Positions 45,235 through 55,882 of a stretch of 64,000 bases of DNA are shown here, piece after piece; positions within the stretch are counted from its first letter, which is position 1; each line of letters starts with the position of its first letter. The notes beneath the pieces are model-generated. The model was given only the letters and a program-made list of their open reading frames with translations. It ran no database searches and was not told where the DNA came from. The DNA comes from a virus. The stretch lies in IMG/VR virus record IMGVR_UViG_3300032236_001082, positions 32,001 to 96,000 of that record, one strand, 5' to 3'. A program made the translations under genes and the position numbers.

Positions 45235-46233
45235 TTAACCGTATATTTCTTTCTTTAAAGACTCTACAACTTCTGGGTTTTCTCTTAGATACTCTAAGGC
45301 TTTGTTTCTACCCTGGAATCTTTCTTCACCTATAGTATACCATGCCCCGCCTTTTTGAATTTTACCCATCATTTCGGCAGAGTCAAGAACTTCTCCTATT
45401 GAATCAATTCCGACTTTATCTCCTTGGTAGTAAAAATCATATTGACCGCTTTGGCCCATTGGTCCAAGTTTATTGTAGTCAACGATCCAGTTAACGGGCC
45501 TGCCAACTTTTTGTTCAATGATCTTATCACCAACTGGGATTCCAGCCTTAATAGCATTTGCCTCAGCTTCGGAAGACCAAAGCTTGATAATGGTGCTGGA
45601 GAAAAACTTAACTGCCATGCCCCCTGTCGGGATATGCGACGCATGCATAGTACCAAACTGGTTTCTCTGCTGAGAAATAAGAACGAGTAACGTATTTTTG
45701 TTTGCGTAGTTAAGCATTTTGACTGCATGTGTCATGTCCTTTGCTTCTGCACCAATTTGCTTGGTGTCTTCTAATTTCTTTAAATCATTGCTATCTTTTT
45801 CAAAATAAATAGCTGGTAGCAATGCTGAAATAGAGTCAACAACAATTATATCAACACCCGCATCCATAAGTTGCGTTGCAACATCAACCATGTCATTAAT
45901 ACTTTTAGCCGAAGAATAAATAAGGGAAGATGAATCTACTCCAAGCTCTGCTGCCCACTGGGGGTCATAGGAAGACTCTGCATCAATCCATGCACAAGTC
46001 TTTCCTTCTTTTTGAGCCATACCAATCATCTGCAAGCAAAAAGAAGATTTACCTGCAGATTTGTTTCCCCAAATAAGAACTTGTCTACCAAAGCCAAGAC
46101 CGCCTTTGAGTGCTAATGTTAATCCTATGCTTGGTGTCTTTTGTCGCTCAGAACTCACATCAGTAGCAAGTTGTATTCTTTGTCTAGTTTTTGGATCTAG
46201 ACTTGCTAATATTTTATCTGCTACTACAGTCAT
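45235..46233 (-). CDS. recA: RecA-like recombinase
   Basis: GNKSAGKS, IDAE, VVDSI, TGG.A.KF, GAWY, QG. Confidence 0.93.
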   Translation of the reverse strand: MTVVADKILASLDPKTRQRIQLATDVSSERQKTPSIGLTLALKGGLGFGRQVLIWGNKSAGKSSFCLQMIGMAQKEGKTCAWIDAESSYDPQWAAELGVDSSSLIYSSAKSINDMVDVATQLMDAGVDIIVVDSISALLPAIYFEKDSNDLKKLEDTKQIGAEAKDMTHAVKMLNYANKNTLLVLISQQRNQFGTMHASHIPTGGMAVKFFSSTIIKLWSSEAEANAIKAGIPVGDKIIEQKVGRPVNWIVDYNKLGPMGQSGQYDFYYQGDKVGIDSIGEVLDSAEMMGKIQKGGAWYTIGEERFQGRNKALEYLRENPEVVESLKKEIYG

Positions 46234-46236
46234 GTA

Positions 46237-46503
46237 TTATTCTGCTAATTCTTCTGGCTGGATTGAATCAATATCAACAAGCTCAAATGTAACCGACTTA
46301 TCTTCTAGTTGATTAACTGAAATTGTTTTTGTAGAGTAGTTTGCAACAAGGTCTTCTAAGACAATATTAGTCTTGCCAACCTTATTTAAAATTGCTGCTA
46401 AGATCTGCTCAACGCTGATATTAACGTCATTTGCTGCTGGTACTGCTTCTACTGCGTCAACAATATTAGATTCTACTGCTGACTGTGTTGTTTCATCTGT
46501 CAT
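46237..46503 (-). CDS. Hypothetical protein
   Basis: ORF track. Confidence 0.65.
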   Translation of the reverse strand: MTDETTQSAVESNIVDAVEAVPAANDVNISVEQILAAILNKVGKTNIVLEDLVANYSTKTISVNQLEDKSVTFELVDIDSIQPEELAE

Positions 46504-49500
46504 TTTATATCCTTTACGAATTTGGTTCCATCGTCTAACTCTGCAACAATGGGGGAACAGAAAGATCCTGCTTTCATCTTTCCTAAAGCTAACGTGTAAG
46601 TCTTTGGAAAAGCAATTACACGATACATCTGTTTTTGATTATCACAATATATTATGTGAGCCATCATTTTCTTTTGTTTTGTTTGATAGTGGGTAAAATC
46701 AACCACATAAGAATCCTTATTATCTGGAATCTCAAACTCTTTAATATGTAAATAGTTAATAAACGGATCATCTTTCTTCTCCACTACATCTGCTATTGTA
46801 ACATATCTGTGAATTCTATTATCACCAACTAAGAAGAAATACATATTTCCCGTCTCAATTTGTGTGTTTTCACTGTGGAAAATACCAATTGCACCAGTGT
46901 CATCAACAAGCTCTACACGTGACCAACCCTTACCCTTCTTGATTGATTTAACCATCGCACAAAGGATAAACGTTCCCTCTTCAAGGAACTCTTCTAATGG
47001 AGTTACCTGAGATCTAATATGGGCTGTTATGCCACGAGTATCAAATTTTGGAATATTTAAGTACTCATAATAATTTTCAGATTCTTTTCCAGTGCGCTTG
47101 TTATCTTCAAACGTTGCTGCACCGATGGCATTTAAAGAATCTATAGCTCTTGAGTTAATGCCAGATTTCTTTTCCTGAGCTACCTGGAGCAAATGTGCGT
47201 AAGAGGTATAAGGACCAGCATTAATAATCTTTTTTCCAATTGTCTCTGATATGAACTTGATGTCGGACAGGCCAAATCGAATAGAGTTGCCTTGAATAGT
47301 AAAGTCTAATCCTGATTCGTTGACATGGGGTAAGAGAATCTTAATACCAAGTCTTTTGGCTTCAATGAGATATTCTGTTCTTGTGTCCTTGTTACCTTCG
47401 TTTTTGAGAAGAGCAAATACAAATTCAGTTGGGTAATAATGTTTAAGCCAAGCAGTCCAATAGCTAAGCATAGAGTAAGCAACAGCGTGGGAACGATTAA
47501 AAGAATACCCAGCGTGAGCCTCAAAATCGTGCCAAAGTTGCTCAGCATCTTCTTTAGAAATGTAACGCTTTGCGCCTTCGATAAACTTATCTTTGAATAC
47601 ATCGAACTCCTTTGCATCTTTCTTTTTACCAATGATCTTTCTTACTTTATCAGCTTCAGACCACGACATCCCGCCCAAGTGTACGCAAGCCTGCATAACC
47701 TGTTCCTGATAAATAATAACTCCGTATGTACGCTCTGTGAACGGCTTCATGATTGGGTGGCTATAGGTAGTCATCTTTTCCCCACGCTTACGTGCAAGGT
47801 ACTCTGCACCCACCGTATTCATAGCACCTGGACGAACCAAAGCATTAGAGGCAACCAAGTCTTCAAAATTATCAACGCCCATCTTTATCAACAAATTGGT
47901 GTATGGCGTTGCTTCAGCTTGGAATACACCTTTGGTAAATCCAGCATTTAAATCATCAAACACAAGCTTATCATTTAAGTCTAAAGCATTTAAATCAATA
48001 TCAACTTTGTGACGCTCTTTAACCATTTTGACGGTATCTTGAATTACCGATAAGGTCTTAAGACCCAAAACGTCAAACTTAATCAAACCAATATCTGCTG
48101 CCTGATCCATATCATAAGCAACTACTGGTACACGACCAGACACATCATCGTCTTTATCACTTCTAGATTCAATGGGAGCATACTTAGAAATTGGTTCTTT
48201 AGCCACCACAACTCCCGCTGCGTGAATACCTACGGAACGGATTCTGCCTCGCAAATCAGAAGCAAACTTTAGAACCTCTGGATACTTTTGTTTAAACCAA
48301 TCAACATTTTTGTTAGACTCAAACTCTTCAAAAGTTTCAACGCCCTTAAGAGCTTTATTGATTTCTCCAAGAGGTACATCAAAGACACGACCCGCATCTC
48401 TTACAACACCTTTATCCTTAAAGTATTGATAGGTTGAGATAGAGGCAACATTCTTAAACTTTTTACGCAAGAACTCTTTTACCTCGCCACGACGGCGATC
48501 CATAAAGTCTGTATCAATATCTGGGAAGTCATTACGCTCTGGGTTAATGAATCTAAAGAAAAGCAAATCATATTTAATAGGATCTACTTCTGTAATGCCA
48601 AGCAGATAGCAGACTAGAGATCCTGCTGCAGATCCACGTCCTGGCCCAACCATGATTTCATTTTCTTTAGCCCAACGTACCATGTCGCCAACAACAAGAA
48701 AATAACTACTAAATTCCTTGTCCTTGATAACAGTAAGTTCTTCTTTAAGTCTTTCTTTGTATTCTTCATTATCTAATCCTTTTTCTTTTAGAGTATCGTT
48801 ACACATTTCAATTAACTGCTTATGTGCATCTTTTTTAGGGTTAGGTAGGAGCTGCAGGTTCTGGTGGAATTCATACTCCTCAACCTTGTCAGCGATTTCC
48901 TGAGTATTTGTGTAAATGCTTTGATCCCAATCATCACCAAAATCAGATGAGATTTCTTTAAAGCTCTGGATATAAACATTAATATCCTGAAAAGAAATTG
49001 GACGGTCTGGGTACAGGTGATTAAATCTATCAAAGATATCTTTGTGCTTTTTGCCCGACTCATAGTTAACCCCGTCACCAAGATTTGGTTTAGTGGAAAG
49101 AATAAGCAAAACCTCTTCTAAAGCCTTTTGGTCTTTTGTTGCATAGTGGCAATCTCCAGTAGCAACCATTTTGATACCTAGCTCTTTAGATATAAGTCTT
49201 TGCCCATCGTTGACCTCTTTGTCATTATGCGACTGCATCTCAAGATAAAAGTCATCGCCAAATCGGTTTTTAAACCAACGGGCATATTCAAAAGCCTTAT
49301 CCATATTATTGTTCTGAATAGCCTTTGCAATAAGGCCATTCATACAGCCAGACAATACAATAATCCCGTCGCCATACTCATCAAGTATTTCAAGATCAAT
49401 TCTAGGCTTGCGGTAGTATCCTTCATTCCAAGCAATTTCAGAAAGCTTTTGTAGGTTCTTTAAACCTTCGTTATTTTTTGCTAGCAAAATAATATGATTA

Positions 49501-49772
49501 AACACCTGAGTGTTATCATCACGTTTTTTAATATCTCTCTTATCAAAACGGTCAGTAGCAGATATATAAGCCTCTAGTCCGAGTATTGGCTTCATCCCCA
49601 GCTTTTTAGCTGCAACTTGCATATCTCTATGAGAAGATAGCGTTCCATGGTCTGTAATAGCCATTGCTGTTTGTCCTGCATTTTTTGCAGCAGTCAATAG
49701 CTCTTCAGGGGAACACAAACCATCCATTAAAGAATAGTGCGAGTGCACATGTAAATGTGTGAAATTCACCAA
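46500..49772 (-). CDS. dnaE: DNA polymerase III alpha subunit
   Basis: PHP HLHVHSHYS, GRGSAAGS, PDIDTDF, HAAG, FNRSHA. Confidence 0.97.
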   Translation of the reverse strand: MVNFTHLHVHSHYSLMDGLCSPEELLTAAKNAGQTAMAITDHGTLSSHRDMQVAAKKLGMKPILGLEAYISATDRFDKRDIKKRDDNTQVFNHIILLAKNNEGLKNLQKLSEIAWNEGYYRKPRIDLEILDEYGDGIIVLSGCMNGLIAKAIQNNNMDKAFEYARWFKNRFGDDFYLEMQSHNDKEVNDGQRLISKELGIKMVATGDCHYATKDQKALEEVLLILSTKPNLGDGVNYESGKKHKDIFDRFNHLYPDRPISFQDINVYIQSFKEISSDFGDDWDQSIYTNTQEIADKVEEYEFHQNLQLLPNPKKDAHKQLIEMCNDTLKEKGLDNEEYKERLKEELTVIKDKEFSSYFLVVGDMVRWAKENEIMVGPGRGSAAGSLVCYLLGITEVDPIKYDLLFFRFINPERNDFPDIDTDFMDRRRGEVKEFLRKKFKNVASISTYQYFKDKGVVRDAGRVFDVPLGEINKALKGVETFEEFESNKNVDWFKQKYPEVLKFASDLRGRIRSVGIHAAGVVVAKEPISKYAPIESRSDKDDDVSGRVPVVAYDMDQAADIGLIKFDVLGLKTLSVIQDTVKMVKERHKVDIDLNALDLNDKLVFDDLNAGFTKGVFQAEATPYTNLLIKMGVDNFEDLVASNALVRPGAMNTVGAEYLARKRGEKMTTYSHPIMKPFTERTYGVIIYQEQVMQACVHLGGMSWSEADKVRKIIGKKKDAKEFDVFKDKFIEGAKRYISKEDAEQLWHDFEAHAGYSFNRSHAVAYSMLSYWTAWLKHYYPTEFVFALLKNEGNKDTRTEYLIEAKRLGIKILLPHVNESGLDFTIQGNSIRFGLSDIKFISETIGKKIINAGPYTSYAHLLQVAQEKKSGINSRAIDSLNAIGAATFEDNKRTGKESENYYEYLNIPKFDTRGITAHIRSQVTPLEEFLEEGTFILCAMVKSIKKGKGWSRVELVDDTGAIGIFHSENTQIETGNMYFFLVGDNRIHRYVTIADVVEKKDDPFINYLHIKEFEIPDNKDSYVVDFTHYQTKQKKMMAHIIYCDNQKQMYRVIAFPKTYTLALGKMKAGSFCSPIVAELDDGTKFVKDIK

Positions 49773-49790
49773 TACTCCGATTAGTCTAGA

Positions 49791-50462
49791 TTACCACTCA
49801 ACTGATGTTGAGGTTGTTGATTCTTGAGAAGAGTCTGAAACTACGCCCATGTAGAAGTTTTCCTGATCTGCGTAAGCAACTGTTCGAACAGCTGTCTTAG
49901 GCAAGTCAAAAAGCTCATACTTTGAAAAATCAATAGGCTTGACTTCTGCTGTTGGAAGAGGAATGATGCTGTAGTTAGTATCAGTCTTTTCTCCTGTGCG
50001 CTTTAATTTCCAAACAAGGTTTGTAATGCTTCCTGTTTCTGAAGCGTATGAACCAATTTCTGGTGTAGCTGACTTTGCGCCTGTTCCCTGAGAAAGAATA
50101 GCGACATATGGATCTTCATTTCCATCTTCTACCAAAACGTTAACGTAGAAACGTGGACGAGCTTTCCAACCAGCCTTCGGATCACGGCGATGCTGTTCGC
50201 AACCAAAGCACTGACCTTCGTCTTCAAAGGTGCATACAGCTTTACGCTTGTAATCTTTTGGATTTGTGTGTTCAATGCCTACGATGCCGAGGCCAGCTTC
50301 TTTGTTGTAATTTGCTGAGTCAGGATCAATCTCCTGAAGAAAACGGATCTTTACAGATTGTCCGTCTTTAAGTTGTAGCCATCTTCCCTTTTGTGAATCT
50401 GAAGATGTGTGTGTTGGTTCCATTGCCTTGTTCATGGCTGCTAAACCTGTTACGATTCCCAT
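49791..50462 (-). CDS. Single-stranded DNA-binding protein (gp32-like)
   Basis: LKDGQSVKIRFL, H..C..C..C, acidic tail; next to dnaE. Confidence 0.7.
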   Translation of the reverse strand: MGIVTGLAAMNKAMEPTHTSSDSQKGRWLQLKDGQSVKIRFLQEIDPDSANYNKEAGLGIVGIEHTNPKDYKRKAVCTFEDEGQCFGCEQHRRDPKAGWKARPRFYVNVLVEDGNEDPYVAILSQGTGAKSATPEIGSYASETGSITNLVWKLKRTGEKTDTNYSIIPLPTAEVKPIDFSKYELFDLPKTAVRTVAYADQENFYMGVVSDSSQESTTSTSVEW

Positions 50463-50517
50463 ATATATTCTCCTTAGTGTAATGGGCTATACGATGCCCT
50501 GTGTTACTATTATACCA

Positions 50518-51471
50518 TCAATTAATATACTCAAAATGACTTATAGCATTTTTGATACATTGTTTTATTTCTGTGTCTGTGAGATCACCCACGTCTTTTG
50601 CATCATGAGGATATACAATACCATCATCAAATGAAGCCCAAGATACACTTTTACCTGGGAGCTTACCGACAATTTCCATTCCCAGCTTTCTACCAGCTTC
50701 ATCAGCATCAGTTGCAATGATTAAAGATGAAGAATACTTATTTAAATTATGAACATTTTGCTTAGATATACCGCCACCCAAAGTAGCAACAACATTTGGA
50801 TACCCCGCTTGATGAATTCTAATGGCATCAAAAGAAGATTCACAAACAATAATTGTTGCACTTGTTTTCTTTGCTCTATGCAAGTTAAACATAGTTAAGC
50901 TTCTGGGCAAATTATCGCTATTCTTAAACCTCTTACCCTCAATAGATCTGCCAATAATACCTACGGGCATTCCTGTTGGGCTGTGTAATGGGACTGTTAC
51001 CATCCCTTGTTTTTGTGAATATCCCAAATAAAAATAATCAATAGACTCATCGTTAATGCCACGACCATGAAAATAATTCCTAGACTCTTCATTTAAACCA
51101 TTGTGTAAGCTGTCAAGAGTATCTTGAGGAAACTCTATGAAATCAGGTTTCTCTTCAAACAACTCTTCTAAATCTTTGTCAAAAGTATCTGGTCTATTTT
51201 TTTGTAACAGTCTAATAAAACGTGCTGCTTCAAATTGACCCATTGATCCTTTTTGAATAATTAAATCTTCTAAACCTCCACGAGCATCGCAAGAGGGATT
51301 GTAACAAATGTATGCCCCAGTTGTTTTGCTGATTGCAAAAGATGGGGTATTAGTGTTGCTATGAAATGGACAGTAACAAAAATAATCTGTTTGTGAGTAA
51401 TGGTGGATTTTCATGCCTATGCCTTCAACGACTTCACGTACTTGTGAGGGACTATATTTTTCCATAAGCAT
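50518..51471 (-). CDS. dnaG: DNA primase
   Basis: CPFH...TPSF Zn domain, TOPRIM E..FD, DxD.AG, KD. Confidence 0.92.
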   Translation of the reverse strand: MLMEKYSPSQVREVVEGIGMKIHHYSQTDYFCYCPFHSNTNTPSFAISKTTGAYICYNPSCDARGGLEDLIIQKGSMGQFEAARFIRLLQKNRPDTFDKDLEELFEEKPDFIEFPQDTLDSLHNGLNEESRNYFHGRGINDESIDYFYLGYSQKQGMVTVPLHSPTGMPVGIIGRSIEGKRFKNSDNLPRSLTMFNLHRAKKTSATIIVCESSFDAIRIHQAGYPNVVATLGGGISKQNVHNLNKYSSSLIIATDADEAGRKLGMEIVGKLPGKSVSWASFDDGIVYPHDAKDVGDLTDTEIKQCIKNAISHFEYIN

Positions 51472-51504
51472 TAATGAATTATAGCATCAAGAATTATTAT
51501 CTGT

Positions 51505-51852
51505 CTAGTTCTGTGCAAATTGTGGTGGAACGTTTATAATAAACTGTGGTGGTGGGCTTAATACTTGCTTAGTGTTTCTTTTATAAAATTGTTGCCCAGA
51601 AAAACCTTCTATTTCTTGCGCTTTCTTTTTACCAACATAGACACCAAACATTTCTAAATTAAAACTATACGTGTCTTTATTTTCATTATACTTAATTGAA
51701 AACTGTGGTTCTAGATCAAGCACTGGGACATAGCCACGATCCCGCATTTGTTGAAGTAAAGTTCTTTCATACATAAGGCGTGACTTACCAATGGAAGCAT
51801 CATCTTTAATGACACCCCCAATTAGAAAAGCTTTAATATTTCTTTTTAACAT
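51505..51852 (-). CDS. Hypothetical protein
   Basis: ORF track. Confidence 0.7.
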   Translation of the reverse strand: MLKRNIKAFLIGGVIKDDASIGKSRLMYERTLLQQMRDRGYVPVLDLEPQFSIKYNENKDTYSFNLEMFGVYVGKKKAQEIEGFSGQQFYKRNTKQVLSPPPQFIINVPPQFAQN

Positions 51853-51906
51853 TTTGCGCCTTACTGTCTATCTAATTATACTAGACGCAAAGTGTATTAC
51901 AAAGAT

Positions 51907-53139
51907 TTAAAGCTGTGGGATATCCATTTCATAGATTTCTTGAACAACTCCACGGTTTAAGTCCCAATCTAGATAAAATGCAAAGTCTGTACCGTGGCGG
52001 TTCTTTCTACTGACCACTTCCATAATATTTGTATCTGGTCGCTTGTGAATTGCCATAGCCATGTCAGCATCATATTCAATAGCTTTTGACCAAGCAACTT
52101 GTGAAAGAAGTGGTGGAGCTTCTTGATCTGAAATATCGTCCATGGTTGCAGCAGTAATATCAATTACTGGAATACCGTTTCTAACTGCTAGCAACTTAAA
52201 ATCACGAGAAATATTACGGTTACGCTCTACTTCTGATTTAGCTCCTGATGAATCATTAAATAGCTGGTGGTAATCCAAGATAACAAGGTCTGGCTTATAC
52301 TGGTCAATCTTAGCTTGAACAGTATTTGGAGTTACTTGACCTTGACCTTCATTAGAAATAAGAATAAAGCCTTGCTTATCAGTAAATTTATTTTCAGCCC
52401 AGCTATGGAAATCATCGGTATTTACCATACCCTTTTGGAAGTCTGAAGCTTTAAATAAACCTGAGCCCATCATGGTATAGATACGATCTCTCATATTTTC
52501 TGGCGACATCTCAAGGGAGATAATCATAGGCTTAAAACCCTGTTCCCAGGCTTTACAGGCTAGATAAGATGACATCCAAGTCTTACCCCTACCCGCCCAG
52601 CCAATCATGACGATAAGGTGTCCTGGAGCCATTCCTGTGGGGTATGCTAGGTCAATAGCCTTAAACCCAGTTTTAATTCCTGGGCTTCCTCCCATAGCAA
52701 GAGAACGCTCACGCACTGACTCAAAATGTTTTTCAGCTAAAGCAAAATCAGTTAAATCAACATCTCTTACATTACCAGTAATTCTAGTCAGATTAGAAAT
52801 TTCAGTCTGCATCTCAAGAAGAACTCTTGTTGCCGAATCTGTCTTTAACTTAGATCCATTTTTTAAAAGAAGGTCTTTAATCTTATTAGTGAGAAATTCA
52901 TTCTTTAGGTTATCTAAGTAATAACCAGTCTCGCCCTTGACTGCTTCTGGTTCAAAATCTTTAAACTTTTCCTGTAGCACGGAGACATCTGGGACCGCTC
53001 TAAACTTTAAATAATAAGACTTTAAACCTTCCCACACATCACGATGTGATATAAAAATATCATCAACGTTATCTGCCAAAACTGTTGCAATATCTTTATT
53101 CTTGCATACGGCTGATAATACAGCTGCCTCAGTGTTCAT
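51907..53139 (-). CDS. dnaB: DnaB-like replicative helicase
   Basis: GWAGRGKT, SLEM, ILDY, IEYDAD, KNRHG. Confidence 0.93.
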   Translation of the reverse strand: MNTEAAVLSAVCKNKDIATVLADNVDDIFISHRDVWEGLKSYYLKFRAVPDVSVLQEKFKDFEPEAVKGETGYYLDNLKNEFLTNKIKDLLLKNGSKLKTDSATRVLLEMQTEISNLTRITGNVRDVDLTDFALAEKHFESVRERSLAMGGSPGIKTGFKAIDLAYPTGMAPGHLIVMIGWAGRGKTWMSSYLACKAWEQGFKPMIISLEMSPENMRDRIYTMMGSGLFKASDFQKGMVNTDDFHSWAENKFTDKQGFILISNEGQGQVTPNTVQAKIDQYKPDLVILDYHQLFNDSSGAKSEVERNRNISRDFKLLAVRNGIPVIDITAATMDDISDQEAPPLLSQVAWSKAIEYDADMAMAIHKRPDTNIMEVVSRKNRHGTDFAFYLDWDLNRGVVQEIYEMDIPQL

Positions 53140-53461
53140 TAGATTCCGTTTCTACTAAAAGCTTAGTTTGTTCCATTAACATTCTTCTACGTTCTTTATC
53201 TGCTTCAGATTTTACCATAACATCATCTATTCTGTCAAAGTTGTATAAAAACCAATTTAAAGGATGCCCTGGCTTATTACATTTAAAATAATATTCTAGC
53301 AACTGTTTGGCTCTATCAAATCCAACAGTATCAATAACATCTTGCATTGCCCACTTTTCCCTATATCTATTTACTACAGGCTGGCGAGTATAATGTGTTT
53401 TATACAGGGCAATATACAAGGATACTAGTGCGTATGCTTGTTGGGCATCTTGCTTTGCCAT
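53129..53461 (-). CDS. Hypothetical protein
   Basis: ORF track. Confidence 0.7.
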   Translation of the reverse strand: MAKQDAQQAYALVSLYIALYKTHYTRQPVVNRYREKWAMQDVIDTVGFDRAKQLLEYYFKCNKPGHPLNWFLYNFDRIDDVMVKSEADKERRRMLMEQTKLLVETESNEH

Positions 53462-53667
53462 TATTTTCTACCTTTAATCTCAGCTTCTATCTGATTTACT
53501 TTTTCTATTAACTGATTTTCTACAAACTTGTATACACGATCTGTGGCTGTGGTGGTATTCTCACCCTCACGAACCCAATCTTCAATACCTAAACCAACCT
53601 TAACGCTTTCAAAGTTTCCTAGATTGCGTGTAAAGTTTAGTTCTACCTTAATCTTCGTCTGATCCAT
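53461..53667 (-). CDS. Hypothetical phage protein (TRNLGNFES motif)
   Basis: ORF track. Confidence 0.7.
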   Translation of the reverse strand: MDQTKIKVELNFTRNLGNFESVKVGLGIEDWVREGENTTTATDRVYKFVENQLIEKVNQIEAEIKGRK

Positions 53668-53908
53668 CCTGCTCATCTTCTTTCTTTAGAGGTGGGAAAC
53701 CAAAACCAGTCTTAAACTTTTTAGTATTCTTATCTGCCAAGTGCTGGTATAGCAACATCATTCTGTCTGATATTGCAATTATAGCATCTAGGTCTTCCTT
53801 TTGTAAAGCTAAGTCCATTGCGTGTTCTAATATATTTAAAGATAAGTTTAACGCATGTTTTGCTTCTTTATTTAGTTTATTATTCTCTACCACTCTGGTT
53901 GTTTCCAA
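53648..53908 (-). CDS. Hypothetical protein
   Basis: ORF track. Confidence 0.55.
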   Translation of the reverse strand: METTRVVENNKLNKEAKHALNLSLNILEHAMDLALQKEDLDAIIAISDRMMLLYQHLADKNTKKFKTGFGFPPLKKEDEQDGSDED

Positions 53909-54402
53909 ACTGGGACAAAAGCCCCATCGTTATCCTTGACGTATAATATTGTTTCATTACGTAGTAAAGCTTCTAGTTCTACTTTACTAGGAATATTGCT
54001 AGCTGTTACAGCCCCGTCGTTTCTAGGTCTGCCTATATGAACTGTTTTAAAAAATTCTCTAATATTTCTAATATCTTCATCGGTGAAATAATATCTACCT
54101 AATTTATTTTTATCGTCTAAAGCATGGGCCTGTTGAGGCTTAGGTATATCACCAGATCTTAAATGTCTCTTAATCGTATCAACATGTCGGTTGATAAGCT
54201 TTCCTACTTCTGAAATAGAATAAGCGTGTTTTTTATTTTTCTGCACATCTGTGTAGTTATAAGCCACACGCTTATCCCGAACAAAATCCCAGGCAATCAC
54301 AGTATCTTCAGTTCTATTAACTTGAAGTGCTTTGTGAAGGGAGTCGTTTAAGTAGAAATACAATAATCGGCGTTCAGCTTTCTTTCTTGATTGTTTAGCC
54401 AT
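53887..54402 (-). CDS. MerR-like HTH DNA-binding protein
   Basis: YSISEVGKLINRHVDTIKR....G.IP.P...RYFT.EDI. Confidence 0.75.
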   Translation of the reverse strand: MAKQSRKKAERRLLYFYLNDSLHKALQVNRTEDTVIAWDFVRDKRVAYNYTDVQKNKKHAYSISEVGKLINRHVDTIKRHLRSGDIPKPQQAHALDDKNKLGRYYFTDEDIRNIREFFKTVHIGRPRNDGAVTASNIPSKVELEALLRNETILYVKDNDGAFVPVWKQPEW

Positions 54403-54533
54403 TGTCCGAATGCATTCCCATCTTTTTTAACAAACCATCTTTTTCCACAAGCTAAGCAATATAGTTCTATCCTCAGTTTTTGTGAAAAAACACGATCTAT
54501 ATAAACTCTGCCCTGACATTTTTTACACCACAT
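54348..54533 (-). CDS. Zn-ribbon protein
   Basis: CKKC.GR...DR...C..CGKR. Confidence 0.7.
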   Translation of the reverse strand: MWCKKCQGRVYIDRVFSQKLRIELYCLACGKRWFVKKDGNAFGQWLNNQERKLNADYCIST

Positions 54534-54551
54534 ATTAAGTTTTGTCTCTAA

Positions 54552-54815
54552 TTACTTAGTAGCGTTCAACTTTGCTGTCACAGCAGATGTTGCCTGCTCT
54601 GCAACGATACCGAATGCTGGATCCTTCTTGTTGACAAAACGCAAGATTACTGGGACTAATGAACCCCAAAGAGCGTTTGCTACAAGTGCCCACTGTGCAC
54701 CCTTAAAGTTAACAACCGAAACATGGCTTGTGCTTGATACGATTGTTGCTGCTGCAATAACCTGACCGAGCAAGTTACGAGCATATGATGCGATTAATGC
54801 TTGATTAATCTTCAT
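54552..54815 (-). CDS. Holin-like membrane protein
   Basis: ASYAR...PV.LR..N.KDPAFG. Confidence 0.65.
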   Translation of the reverse strand: MKINQALIASYARNLLGQVIAAATIVSSTSHVSVVNFKGAQWALVANALWGSLVPVILRFVNKKDPAFGIVAEQATSAVTAKLNATK

Positions 54816-54828
54816 TATTTTGTCTCCT

Positions 54829-55632
54829 TTAGACACTAAATAGTTTCCCGTCAACATAACATGTATAGTCTGGGGAAATTTCCACTATCTGAACATGAGG
54901 ATGTGTTCCATTCTCAATATGTGCGATAGCGAAACCTTTTTGCCAATTGTGGTTCTGTGTATACTTCATACCAGAACTCTTTTCGTCACACATGTGACCA
55001 ATCTCATAACCACGAATTGTTCTTCCCCCTGTTGCAACTGGAAGCTCGTATGTTTGAAAATGTGAGGCAATTCTGTGCGAGTGACCTCTAATTAATGAAA
55101 TTTGCAAATCATCAATATCTTTTCTTACGGCACCAGTGTCAGCAATTGAAAGACCATGATGAACATGAATATCTCCAAAACGATGTCTTGGTAACTCGTT
55201 ATAATAAATATAATCATAACCCAAAGAGTCTAAAGACCATAATGATTCTGGTGTAATGTCTTTGGCATAATCTGGAAGCTTCTTGTCAATGTAATCAAAG
55301 ATTCTTATATCATGGTTTCCCAGCGCAGAAAATAGCTGTGCGTCTGGCAACATCTCTCTAGTCTTGGCATAAAAATCTCTAGCACCCTTTGCCTCATGCC
55401 TCATCATCGGCACAATAAGATCTTTGCTATCGTCTTTATGCAATTGTAAAAATTCGGCAGATCTGCCTTCTGTGTACTTGCTGTAGCAAGCTTGATCGTC
55501 AGTGTCGCCCAAATAATCAACAACATCTGGTTTGAACCATTTCATAACTTTAAACCAAAGCTCAATAGCTTTGTCGTCTTGATATGGAAACTGCTGGTCG
55601 GATGAAAGCATCCACTTTAAATCATTAGTCAA
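54829..55632 (-). CDS. Metallophosphoesterase
   Basis: SDxQ, GDxxD, GNHD, HG, GHSH. Confidence 0.88.
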   Translation of the reverse strand: MTNDLKWMLSSDQQFPYQDDKAIELWFKVMKWFKPDVVDYLGDTDDQACYSKYTEGRSAEFLQLHKDDSKDLIVPMMRHEAKGARDFYAKTREMLPDAQLFSALGNHDIRIFDYIDKKLPDYAKDITPESLWSLDSLGYDYIYYNELPRHRFGDIHVHHGLSIADTGAVRKDIDDLQISLIRGHSHRIASHFQTYELPVATGGRTIRGYEIGHMCDEKSSGMKYTQNHNWQKGFAIAHIENGTHPHVQIVEISPDYTCYVDGKLFSV

Positions 55633-55675
55633 TTAATAACCTTTCAAGTTATCTAATAATGTACATTATTGGTTT

Positions 55676-55870
55676 TTATTTTGCAACTGCTTGTTTTGTT
55701 GCTTTGGTTAAACTTTCGCTGTAGTCAGACGCAGCTTGTTCTTTAGATTCTTTTTCATTCATTAGCATTGTTATTTCAGCTCTTAATACCGCTATTTGAG
55801 TTTCATAATTTGAAACTAACTCACCCATACGTTGTTGTAGGGCGGTAATTACTAATTCCGCTTTATCCAT
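55676..55870 (-). CDS. Coiled-coil hypothetical protein
   Basis: ORF track. Confidence 0.65.
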   Translation of the reverse strand: MDKAELVITALQQRMGELVSNYETQIAVLRAEITMLMNEKESKEQAASDYSESLTKATKQAVAK

Positions 55871-55882
55871 TTATATTATTCC

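Noticed and set aside
36470-53139. Inteins or introns in terL, recA, dnaE, dnaB
   Set aside because: Lengths are normal, motifs contiguous, no intein termini seen.
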